Assembly (NCBI GenBank): GCA_016203935.1
Contig: JACQLU010000038.1
Span: 1-41,714, forward strand
DNA from: Parcubacteria group bacterium
GTDB taxonomy: Bacteria; Patescibacteriota; JACQLU01
DNA: 41,714 nucleotides
Direction of reading: 5' to 3'
The translations under genes and the position numbers were made by a program. The first letter of the stretch is position 1, and each line of letters starts with the position of its first letter. Below, in pieces: positions 26,431-34,492 of this stretch. The notes beneath the pieces are model-generated. The model ran no database searches. It was given only the letters and a program-made list of their open reading frames with translations, and was not told where the DNA came from.

Positions 26431-29163
26431 TTAGAGCGGGGTGAACTTAAACCAATCAATATATTCGTACCGATCGATATTGGGTGTGGCGCGTCCTCCG
26501 AAACCGGTGCCGTCCGTCCCCCACAGACTAAAGAGATAGGGAGCCGCGGTTCTTGGCGGATAATCTCGGTGCGATGCCTGTAAGACTCCGTCGACGTAAT
26601 AATCGACTCGATCGGCAAGCCAGACCATTTTATAGTTCTTAAAACCGGTCGACATGCCGGCAAAATTCCAGATCGAAGTATGCTGGCGGCGATCTGGGTT
26701 GACATAATAATTCCATGTCGTAAGTTCGAGCCGCTCGGGGAATTGCCCTTCCACCTCAAAATCGAGTTCAGTTTCCGAGCCGGTCGCGTAATTAAACGCC
26801 GCCGAGACGCTTCCCGAGGGGTTGCAGATGGCTGGCGTTGGTGAACAAGAACCATTGAATGTAGAGGAAGTGGAAGCCATTCGCATTCTAAATTCGTAAG
26901 TGCCGTAGCCAAATCTCGAGGTGGTCGCAACCTCACCGCCTCTTGAAATGACACCTTGCTGTCCCGCAACGGTGACCCCCGGTGTTTGGGTCAAACGAAT
27001 CTTAAGATAGCCGTTCTCAACGGTCACCCTATCAGGCTGCATATAACCATCATGAATAGATGAGGTGCTTAAACCAACCTTAAAGTTTGACTTCGTCCAT
27101 TTACTCGTATCGAAGGTATCGAAATTATCGCAGAGACCTCCCAGTGGTGTCGTACAACTGCTGGTCAAAAGCGGCGACGTGGTGGGGGAAGGTGTGGGAG
27201 TTGGTGAAGGAGTAGGAGTGGAAGCAGGAGCGAGCGCCCACGAGACCTGTGCTACTGCGGCCTCGGTATTTTCATAGTACTGAACTTTAATGCGACGCCT
27301 ACCCGCGGAGACTGCGCGATCGACCGTGTAGGTGGTGGGCGCCTGATCGAACCACTTGTCGAGGATACTCACTCCGTCAAGCCAAACGCGCATCCCATCA
27401 TCGGTCTTCGCGGTGAAACGATACGTCCCGGTTTGCGCAAAGTCCCAATCTCCCTCCCAGCGGACGCTGAAAGTGTCGGCACCCATATTGGCAGCAGGCG
27501 CATTCACATCCCAGTTAAAGTTAAGTGTCGCATCGGTGCGGATGAGCACGAGGTTAGTAAGATCGATATTGTCGTAGTACTGACCCCTAAAGGAATTTAC
27601 AGGGATGCTTGGCGTAGGAGCAGGAGTAGGTGAGGGGGTCGGTGATGGCGTGAGGGTGGGTGTTGCGGTTGGAGTAAGAGTTGGTGTGGGAGTTGGCGAG
27701 GGAGAAGGAGTGGAAGTAGGAGCGAGCACCCACAAGACCTGTGCCACTGCAGCCTCCGTATTTTCATAGTATTCAACTTTTACCCGACGCCTACCCGCGG
27801 AGACTGCGCGATCGACCGTGTAGGTGGTTGGTCCTTGGTCAAACCACTTATCCAAAATGGCGGTTCCATCCAAAAAGATTCTCATCCCATCATCCGTCTT
27901 GGCGGTAAAGCGATACGTCCCGGTTTGCGCAAAGTCCCAATCACCTTCCCAGCGGACGCTGAAGGTATCAGCGGCGATCGCGGGAACGGGTGAACCAAGC
28001 GCCCAATCAAAGTTGATCGCGGGATCGATACGCGTGAGGGCGAGATTGGTAAAATCGCTGTTATCGTAGTATTCGCCCTTAAATGCATTAAGCGGAAGTG
28101 AAGAGGTCAAGTCTTGGAGTGGCGACGGGATTGGTGTCGGAGAGGGACTTACGGACGATGAAAATTTAATCCAATTGAGATTAAAAGAGCTATTCTCGGC
28201 TACGATGCGTACGGTATGAAGACCGGAGCTTAAGGATATTGGGGGCGCTGAGATGGTATTCCATACTTGCCAACCGCCGGTAGTGGGAACGATGAGGGAT
28301 CCAGTTACGCTCGTACCATCCACCTCCATCCGCATAGCAGAAGTACCCCTCGGTTTTCGTGCGATACGAAATTCGGCAAGATACATTCCCGCCGAAGGTA
28401 CATTAATAGAGTAGGTAAGCCACTCGCCGGTCTCGATCCATCCGACGTTATACCTACCGCCCGCGTCGGCGGTCACCTCGATATCGACATCGTCAGATCG
28501 ATATTGACCGCCGCGGTTCCCTTTCGTGGTATCGTGGTAGCTTATTCCCTCGCCGCCGGGGTTGTAATCTTCGGCTTGAATCATACCCGGGATCGCTACC
28601 GCGGATGCTTCTTGAGCATTCCATGCTACTTTGGCGACGGCAGCACCACTCTTTTCATAGTATTCAACTTTGATACCATGGCGGCCTTGCGAAATGGTAG
28701 GAGCAAGTGTGTACGTCGTGGGCGGTTGGTCAATCCATTTATCGAGGATGAGTACACGATCGATCCACACCCGTATCCCATCGTCAGTGGTGATGGTAAC
28801 ACGATACGTGTTGGTCGCCGGAAAATCCCAATTCCCCTCCCAGCGGACGGCAAACGTATCCTGCCCCATCAAGGGACTTGGCGAACCGAGTCCCCAATCG
28901 AAGGTGATCGCCTGATCAATGCGGCTTACGGCGAGATTCGTGAAGTCGCTATTGTCAAAATAATTTCCCCGAAAGGCGTTTAACGGAATTTCAGGGATGG
29001 GAAGGACGACCGAGGAAGAAAGCGGGGACGATTCGTTGCCAATGGAGGTAAGGAGGAATTGTCCGCCACTGGTAAGGAGTATGGTTGCGAGGATAGCAAG
29101 TACACCAAATGTTATTCCTAATACAATCAGCGGCTGTTTGGGAAGTGAAGGGGGAAAAGACAT
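26431..29163 (-). CDS. Membrane-anchored PA14-CBM6-PA14-PA14-GH16 protein
   Basis: Three PA14 units (FSVRWEG..TDDGMR..KVEYYE), CBM6-like IQAEDY..VGWIETGEWLTY..TGGWQ, PT linkers, GH16 motif YGTYEFRM..ELDFE. Confidence 0.88.
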   Translation of the reverse strand: MSFPPSLPKQPLIVLGITFGVLAILATILLTSGGQFLLTSIGNESSPLSSSVVLPIPEIPLNAFRGNYFDNSDFTNLAVSRIDQAITFDWGLGSPSPLMGQDTFAVRWEGNWDFPATNTYRVTITTDDGIRVWIDRVLILDKWIDQPPTTYTLAPTISQGRHGIKVEYYEKSGAAVAKVAWNAQEASAVAIPGMIQAEDYNPGGEGISYHDTTKGNRGGQYRSDDVDIEVTADAGGRYNVGWIETGEWLTYSINVPSAGMYLAEFRIARKPRGTSAMRMEVDGTSVTGSLIVPTTGGWQVWNTISAPPISLSSGLHTVRIVAENSSFNLNWIKFSSSVSPSPTPIPSPLQDLTSSLPLNAFKGEYYDNSDFTNLALTRIDPAINFDWALGSPVPAIAADTFSVRWEGDWDFAQTGTYRFTAKTDDGMRIFLDGTAILDKWFDQGPTTYTVDRAVSAGRRRVKVEYYENTEAAVAQVLWVLAPTSTPSPSPTPTPTLTPTATPTLTPSPTPSPTPAPTPSIPVNSFRGQYYDNIDLTNLVLIRTDATLNFNWDVNAPAANMGADTFSVRWEGDWDFAQTGTYRFTAKTDDGMRVWLDGVSILDKWFDQAPTTYTVDRAVSAGRRRIKVQYYENTEAAVAQVSWALAPASTPTPSPTPTPSPTTSPLLTSSCTTPLGGLCDNFDTFDTSKWTKSNFKVGLSTSSIHDGYMQPDRVTVENGYLKIRLTQTPGVTVAGQQGVISRGGEVATTSRFGYGTYEFRMRMASTSSTFNGSCSPTPAICNPSGSVSAAFNYATGSETELDFEVEGQFPERLELTTWNYYVNPDRRQHTSIWNFAGMSTGFKNYKMVWLADRVDYYVDGVLQASHRDYPPRTAAPYLFSLWGTDGTGFGGRATPNIDRYEYIDWFKFTPL

Positions 29164-29241
29164 ACATTTTGGGTTTGGGTAGTGAGAGAGAAGTACTTAA
29201 TTTTCATTATAATGCATTTTCTGTGATACTTTTAATGATCA

Positions 29242-29270
29242 TTGACAATCATTAAGAAAGGTGATATGGT
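29242..29270 (+). promoter_or_regulatory. Sigma70-type promoter of pgsBC
   Basis: TTGACA (29242-29247), 17-nt spacer, TATGGT (29265-29270) with extended TG. Confidence 0.6.
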
Positions 29271-29301
29271 ATGTGTTTCGTGTAAGCCTTTCTTCTTATA
29301 T

Positions 29302-30507
29302 ATGATTTATTTGACAAATCTTCTTGTTGCCTCGGCCTTCGTGTTGTGGCTTGTACGCGAGCGAATCCACCATGTACGGAGACTCGTTTCTATTCCCCAT
29401 CGTATCCATGTCAATGGAACACGGGGCAAATCGAGCGTTACTCGTCTCATTGCCGCGATCCTTAGAGAAGCCGGATTTAAGACCATCGGGAAGGTTACCG
29501 GAAGTGGTACCAATCTTATTGACTTTGACGGAAACGATATTCCGATTGCGCGCAAAGGAGAAGCGAGCGTATTCGAGCAGATCAGCGTGATGAGAAACGC
29601 CCTGCCGAAGGATACCGAGGCGATCGTCTTTGAATGCATGGCGATAAGACCAGAGTTTCAGAAGTTCCTCGAGGAGAAGGTGATGCGCTCGACCATTGGA
29701 GTTATTACCAATGTCCGTGAGGATCACATGGATGAGATGGGATATTCACTTTCAGAAATTGCCGAAAGTCTCGCGACTACCATTCCGTATGGGGGGCATC
29801 TGGTTACCGCCGAGGAGGATCCCGTGCTGCTTGGGATCCTCAAAGACTGCGCTCTTCGCCGGGGAACCCAGGTGCATCAAGCGAACGCGCATTTGGTTGA
29901 TGCACGTTACCTTACGTCGTTCCCGTACCTTGAACACAAGGAGAATATTCTTATTGGACTTGCCGTCGCCGCGATTCTTGGCATTCCCCGTGAGGTTGCC
30001 CTCAAAGGTATGCGGAAGGCGAAACCGGATCCAGGGGTCTTGCAACTTTCTCATCACGAAATCGACGGCAAGAAAATCGTGTGGGCCAACCTTTTCGCTA
30101 TCAATGATAGAGAAAGTGTGATACGAAACGCCCTCGCGATTAAGGCTCGCTATGGTCGCAAAGCATATACGACGGTAGTGATCCTCAATAATCGTGCTGA
30201 TCGGCCCGCGCGCGCCGAACAATTTGCAAAGCTCATGAGCCGCGATCTTAGCTGCGATCTCGTAGTAACCATTGGCGAACTTGAGACTCCGGTGGTACGA
30301 TACCTCGTTCGTCATGGCCGAGTACCCGTAGTGCCACTCGCCATGCGGCGCGACCTCGATGGAGCAGGAATCATTGCCGAGATTCTTAACCGCGTGCGTG
30401 CCTCGCGCATACTCCTTCTGGGGCTTGCCAATATTCACACTACGCAAGCCGAGGCGGTGCTTGAGTATATGAAAAAGCTTCAAGTTTCAGATGAGAGATA
30501 CCTATGA
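29302..30507 (+). CDS. pgsB: Poly-gamma-glutamate synthase PgsB/CapB
   Basis: N-terminal TM, RIHVNGTRGKSSVTRLIAA, ECMAIRP, ITNVREDHMDEMG, PDPG, FAIND, NNRADR. Confidence 0.93.
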   Translation: MIYLTNLLVASAFVLWLVRERIHHVRRLVSIPHRIHVNGTRGKSSVTRLIAAILREAGFKTIGKVTGSGTNLIDFDGNDIPIARKGEASVFEQISVMRNALPKDTEAIVFECMAIRPEFQKFLEEKVMRSTIGVITNVREDHMDEMGYSLSEIAESLATTIPYGGHLVTAEEDPVLLGILKDCALRRGTQVHQANAHLVDARYLTSFPYLEHKENILIGLAVAAILGIPREVALKGMRKAKPDPGVLQLSHHEIDGKKIVWANLFAINDRESVIRNALAIKARYGRKAYTTVVILNNRADRPARAEQFAKLMSRDLSCDLVVTIGELETPVVRYLVRHGRVPVVPLAMRRDLDGAGIIAEILNRVRASRILLLGLANIHTTQAEAVLEYMKKLQVSDERYL

Positions 30508-31565
30508 ATATTCTTGACTTTTTCCAAATCCAAAATGGGATCGATCTTGAGGTGATGCGTACCACCTTTCTTTTCTCGCTCGTGATAAGCTATTTCGTCT
30601 ATTACAAGCGAGGTTTTATCCCCGGAGGGCTTATCGTGCCCGGGATCTTGGTACTTCTCCTCGCGACGCCGCTTAAGTTGCTGCTCGTGATAGGAATAAG
30701 CCTTGCGGTAGCTATTACGTATGGGGTGCTGGTAAGGACCCTCGCGCGTGAGCATATTATTCTGCCGGATGAACGACTGCTTATTCTCGTGTTGCTCGCG
30801 CTCTCCTTTGCCTCGCTGGCATCGTGGTTTACTCGAATCGAATGGGAAACTGCCGGGCTTGGCCATCTCACCATGGTAGCGCCGGCACTCATTGCCGAGA
30901 GACTCTCTGAGCGCAACCGGTGGGAGAGCACAAAGGCGTTCCTCGTGGCAGTGGGACTTACCGCAGCATTTCTTTTCTTAGTGCGAATAGTAATCCTGCC
31001 ATATCTTCCTTCTGCGTATGTCTCCTTCATGAACGGGCTCTATAGCTCCTATCATGAAGTTGAGATTATGCCCATAGGGTGGCTCTATTTCTTCTTCGGC
31101 CTTGCCACCTTCATAAGTTATATTCTCTTACGTGTGTTTAAGATAAGGGCGGTGGGGATCCTGGCGAGTGCCTATCTTGGAATGATTGCGAGTGAGCCGC
31201 TTCAGCTTCTCTTTGTGGCAACAGTCGTAGGCCTTGCGGGAATGATGATGGCATTATTTGCTCGCATGCTGATGCTCGCGGGATACCGACGGCTGGTTCT
31301 CACCGCGCTCGTTACTGGAATGGTGTATCCTTTAGTAGAGATGCTTTTTCTTGTGGTGACGCCAAGAAACTTTGTGCCCTTTTTCGGCTTACCTATTGCC
31401 GGAATTATGATCTCTGCGATCGTGGTGAACGAACTTATCCGTCCGCATCGGAGGAAAGTACTTTTAGGAAGCACGGTGATGGGCGGGACGATGGCTCTCG
31501 CCACGCTCGCAATACTCGTGATACGGCATATTCCGGCGTTTGCCGGATTCTCCCTCTTTCGCTAG
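30504..31565 (+). CDS. pgsC: PgsC/CapC family membrane protein, double length (353 aa)
   Basis: GFIPGGLIVPG and GLGHLTMVAPALIA in the first half; related RAVGILASAYLG and GIMISAIVVN in the second; ATGA overlap with pgsB. Confidence 0.8.
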   Translation: MNILDFFQIQNGIDLEVMRTTFLFSLVISYFVYYKRGFIPGGLIVPGILVLLLATPLKLLLVIGISLAVAITYGVLVRTLAREHIILPDERLLILVLLALSFASLASWFTRIEWETAGLGHLTMVAPALIAERLSERNRWESTKAFLVAVGLTAAFLFLVRIVILPYLPSAYVSFMNGLYSSYHEVEIMPIGWLYFFFGLATFISYILLRVFKIRAVGILASAYLGMIASEPLQLLFVATVVGLAGMMMALFARMLMLAGYRRLVLTALVTGMVYPLVEMLFLVVTPRNFVPFFGLPIAGIMISAIVVNELIRPHRRKVLLGSTVMGGTMALATLAILVIRHIPAFAGFSLFR

Positions 31566-31652
31566 CGGCCACGGTGCCTGGTAGTGAGGTATGCTACACT
31601 AGTAGTGGAATATTGGTCGGGTCTAAGAGATGCCAGGCTTTTATTCAATCCT

Positions 31653-31725
31653 CGGGCTGTGGCGCAGTTGGTAGCGCGCGTGCATGGGGTGCATGAGGTC
31701 GCGGGTTCGAGTCCCGCCAGCCCGA
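31653..31725 (+). tRNA. tRNA-Pro(GGG)
   Basis: Cloverleaf: acceptor CGGGCTG/CAGCCCG, anticodon GGG 31686-31688, T arm GCGGG-TTCGAGT-CCCGC; CCA not encoded. Confidence 0.96.
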
Positions 31726-31739
31726 GAATTGAATAAAAG

Positions 31740-31850
31740 ATGAGATCGGGAGTTTCCGCCTCATGCCAAAGGAAGATCCGCCTGTGGCGGAAGAGGCGGA
31801 CCCCGTCGAATTTATCCTGTCGGATGACGGGGCAAATCTCCCCACCCCGA
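31740..31850 (+). pseudogene. tRNA-Pro-like 3' half interrupted in the T loop by a 78-bp palindromic insert
   Basis: Removing 31755-31832 gives ATGAGATC-GGGAG-TTCAAAT-CTCCC-CACCCCGA. Confidence 0.75.
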
Positions 31851-31865
31851 GCAGTATGAGAAAAG

Positions 31866-31901
31866 ATGAGGTCGGTCGCCTACGGCGACCGCCAGCCCGA
31901 G
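31866..31901 (+). pseudogene. Second tRNA-Pro 3' half, T arm replaced by a palindrome (att-like scar)
   Basis: ATGAGGTCG[GTCGCCTACGGCGAC]CGCCAGCCCGAG; both flanks are identical to the tRNA and 31889-31901 equals 31714-31726. Confidence 0.75.
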
Positions 31902-31915
31902 GGAAGGCTCTCATC

Positions 31916-31963
31916 TAGATTCCGGATCCTGGCTCGCCAGCAGGCGGGCAAGTCCGGAATGAC
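31916..31963. repeat. REP-like element of the GATTCC...GGAATGAC type with a nested palindrome
   Basis: TAGATTCCGGATC-[CTGGCTCGCCAGCAGGCGGGC]-AAGTCCGGAATGAC. Confidence 0.6.
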
Positions 31964-31981
31964 AGAGGATCTGTTTTCGAG

Positions 31982-32551
31982 ATGACTTCTAAAAAACTAC
32001 AAAGACATCTTAAGAAATTACGGGAGCTATCGTTGCGGGAAGCGAAGACCAAAGGGTATAGCGGCGACCCGCAAAAATTTTTTGATCCATTTTTTCCTTG
32101 GTTTAAAGTGATAGCCTACCGAAAGGGTCCCTACCTCGTCGTCGATCGTTATAGCGGCGAGGAAATGAACGTAGGGCAAACCGTCACATTCTATCGCAAG
32201 CGTCCGATCTACGGATTTAACTACTACGGAATTCTTGTGGGTACAGGAAGGAAATTAGGACCCAAAGTTGTCTTTACGTTTCTTAAAAAAGCATTGCGCG
32301 CAGGCGCAGGAAAAACAACCCATAGAGGGCTGGATGGGTTCCGAGAAGGTAGATTCTTATACAGAAATCGCTTTATCGAGAAGCAGGGATTTGTCGAGGG
32401 AGAAGAGAAAATCTTCTATGGAGATACCCTTGTCTATCGACAGGTCTATCACGGCGGTCCCATCGAAGATACCAGGAGTTACAAAGAATGGTCGAAAAAG
32501 CTTTTGTCATCTTCTGCGTTGAGAGAAAAGTTAGGAAATCTCTTACCATAG
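31982..32551 (+). CDS. DUF5680-like protein
   Basis: DRYSG..GQTV..PIYGFNYYG, FLKKAL, HRG, EGEEKI..VY..YHGG pattern. Confidence 0.7.
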   Translation: MTSKKLQRHLKKLRELSLREAKTKGYSGDPQKFFDPFFPWFKVIAYRKGPYLVVDRYSGEEMNVGQTVTFYRKRPIYGFNYYGILVGTGRKLGPKVVFTFLKKALRAGAGKTTHRGLDGFREGRFLYRNRFIEKQGFVEGEEKIFYGDTLVYRQVYHGGPIEDTRSYKEWSKKLLSSSALREKLGNLLP

Positions 32552-32559
32552 CGATGGAC

Positions 32560-33276
32560 ATGAAGGAAATAATAGAAAGCCAGCGTTTTAATAACCACCG
32601 CATTGCAACTGCGATCCATGACGCAGGTAGTCACAACATGGTAATCTTCTGTCATGGATTTCGGGGTACGAATATTGGACCACATCGCTTATTTGTAAGA
32701 GTCGCCCGAGAGTTAGCCGGGCAGGGCATTTCTTCTCTACGTTTTGATCAATACGGAAGCGGTAATTCAGAAGGTGATTTTTTCGATTCAAGCTTTAAAG
32801 ACTGGATAGAAACTGCACGAGCGATCGCGCAACACTATCTTAGTCAGGGTTACAAAGTGGCGCTCGTGGGGCAAAGCATGGGTGGAGCGGCGGTCATTGC
32901 CGTTGCTTCCGAGGTACCCGCGCTTACTTCAGTAGTGGCGTGGGCGCCCGATCCGAATGTTGATGATTTTATTTCCTCTGAAAACGGCGTAGTTGAGGAG
33001 AATGGACAGATTATTCAGGCCCAATTCTGGCAAGAAGCCCACAAGGCAAAAATCGCGGATAAACTTCGGTTAGTCAAAGTTCCAATGTATATTGTCCAGT
33101 GTACGGCAGACGAATATGTTGACCAACAGAATCGTGAGGCAATCAGCACAAATGCTCAACCTCATCACAGGGTAGAGAATTTTGAGGGCTACCGACACAG
33201 TAGTTGGACGTTTAAAGAATCCCAAGGAATAATAGGCAAGAGTGTTGATTTCTTAGTAAAGTCTTTTCAGGAGTGA
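32560..33276 (+). CDS. Alpha/beta hydrolase
   Basis: CHGFRG, RFDQYGSGNSEG, nucleophile elbow GQSMGG, candidate Asp (TADEYV) and His (GYRH); start 32554 or 32560. Confidence 0.88.
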   Translation: MKEIIESQRFNNHRIATAIHDAGSHNMVIFCHGFRGTNIGPHRLFVRVARELAGQGISSLRFDQYGSGNSEGDFFDSSFKDWIETARAIAQHYLSQGYKVALVGQSMGGAAVIAVASEVPALTSVVAWAPDPNVDDFISSENGVVEENGQIIQAQFWQEAHKAKIADKLRLVKVPMYIVQCTADEYVDQQNREAISTNAQPHHRVENFEGYRHSSWTFKESQGIIGKSVDFLVKSFQE

Positions 33277-33348
33277 TTGAGCGGCGCGCCCCATTTTGCG
33301 GGGCACGAGATGCGTCTTGTGAGAGCGTATTTCAAAAATACGTTATCT

Positions 33349-33463
33349 GTCATCCCAGACTCGGTCGCCTGCGGCGACCAGGATCTGGGATCCAGACGCC
33401 GTCCCTGCGAAAGCAGGGAATCAAAGCGAGACCTGGATTCCCGCGTCGCGACGCGGGAATGAC
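33349..33463. repeat. Cluster of REP-like palindromes (GTCATCCC...GGGATCC / GGATTCCC...GGGAATGAC)
   Basis: Contains GGTCGCCTGCGGCGACC (near-identical to 31874-31890), TCCCTGCGAAAGCAGGGA and ATTCCCGCGTCGCGACGCGGGAAT. Confidence 0.7.
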
Positions 33464-33497
33464 AAATGTGATGGAAACTGTTTTTGAGATAAGCTCT

Positions 33498-34196
33498 ATG
33501 GAAAACTTGAATGGGTCTGCAAAAACCCCGATAGAAAATCAAGAAAAGAATTTGAAGTTGGAACAGCTAAAACAAGAAGTAGAGAGTATCGTTGATAGAA
33601 CAGGAAGACCAATAGATGAAGGTATAAGAGAAACCGTAGTAATGTTTAAGGCACACGGATTGCCTACATCTGATTCTTGCGAGGGTCATGTGGAAAGGGG
33701 TTTGCCCGTTCCTTACGTTGAGGTTGCTGCTCCAAATGAGCCAGAAGAACGGTTTGTCGGCCAGAATAAAATCTTTGCGGAAGTGGCTGAAAAATACAAT
33801 CTTACTATTGAAGAGCTTGCTGCCGCAATGATTGACGAAGCCTACTGGGAAGCCATGAGAGAATGTTCGCAGAACGAAGAAACAGAAGGATACAAAAAAT
33901 GGAGAGAAGAAAACGAAAGATTACGCATCGAGGCTGATAGGCTTTTGGAAGCATTTTATAAGGGGAGAAAGGTGGAGCCAGACGTCAAGTTACAAATTAC
34001 AGAAGGGGTGGGGCATTTTAGGGTCCATAATGGCGGAAAAGATTATCAGCCAATCATTGAAACCACACAGCAATTTTCAGAGGAAGAAAAGAAAATGCGA
34101 TCAAAAAAAGTGAAGAAGTATCGCGCGGAAATGAGTGCGTTTACACAATTTTTGAAGGATACCTATTTTGGTTTTTCGTCCAAGGAGGAAAAATAA
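33498..34196 (+). CDS. Hypothetical protein with D..I...V......G..T..SCEGH motif
   Basis: Long AT-rich ORF containing IDEGIRETV..GLPTSDSCEGH; the upstream extension in the ORF track runs through repeats. Confidence 0.75.
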   Translation: MENLNGSAKTPIENQEKNLKLEQLKQEVESIVDRTGRPIDEGIRETVVMFKAHGLPTSDSCEGHVERGLPVPYVEVAAPNEPEERFVGQNKIFAEVAEKYNLTIEELAAAMIDEAYWEAMRECSQNEETEGYKKWREENERLRIEADRLLEAFYKGRKVEPDVKLQITEGVGHFRVHNGGKDYQPIIETTQQFSEEEKKMRSKKVKKYRAEMSAFTQFLKDTYFGFSSKEEK

Positions 34197-34208
34197 AACA
34201 AATTTTCT

Positions 34209-34263
34209 ATGCAAAGCGGGAATCTCGAGATCGCTCTCTTCGGTGGCGGATGCTTTTGGTGCA
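34209..34263 (+). pseudogene. msrA: 5' stub of an msrA homologue
   Basis: MQSGNLEIALFGGGCFWC; 34227-34263 matches the intact msrA 5' end at 34 of 37 nt, and all three differences are synonymous. Confidence 0.9.
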
Positions 34264-34273
34264 TCCGGGCAAG

Positions 34274-34382
34274 TAAACCCCGTTACTTGACCACGGGGCA
34301 TTAAGAACCCTGTGGCAAGTACAGAAGGGGAACACAGTAACCCTGTAGCGAGACCACAGGGCATCTCAAGTAACGGGGTAAA
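34274..34382. mobile_element. Miniature inverted-repeat element (about 100 bp)
   Basis: Terminal inverted repeats CCCCGTTACTTGA (34278-34290) / TCAAGTAACGGGG (34366-34378), TAAA direct repeats on both sides, and internal ACCCTGT..CCACAGGGCAT repeats. Confidence 0.6.
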
Positions 34383-34492
34383 GCGACAAAGTGAAGGAGC
34401 TCGTACGGAATACCCCTAGACGCTTGAATTTATTAAAGATACGTGATATCTTCTACAGAATTTGATCACTATCCTGCAAGGTGCATTTCTTT

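Noticed and set aside
26430-26442. TTTAGAGCGGGGT shared between the GH16 gene end and the dipeptidase tail (19389-19401)
   Set aside because: Several 13-mer matches are expected by chance in 41 kb, and the flanks do not extend the match.
925-30483. Long antisense or alternative-frame ORFs (for example 925-1695, 8477-9505, 28267-28983, 29752-30483)
   Set aside because: They are shadows of well-supported genes on the opposite strand and have no motifs or initiation signals.
15063-31565. alr, dipeptidase and pgsBC as one D-amino-acid polymer pathway
   Set aside because: The genes are more than 10 kb apart in separate transcription units, and alr is sufficiently explained by peptidoglycan synthesis.
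31740-31850. Intron-containing or split functional tRNA
   Set aside because: There is no 5' half with D arm or anticodon arm, and the insert is made of repeat palindromes, so it is treated as a scar.
33273-33497. N-terminal extension of the 307-aa ORF
   Set aside because: It translates through a REP-like palindrome cluster, so a downstream ATG (33498) is more plausible.
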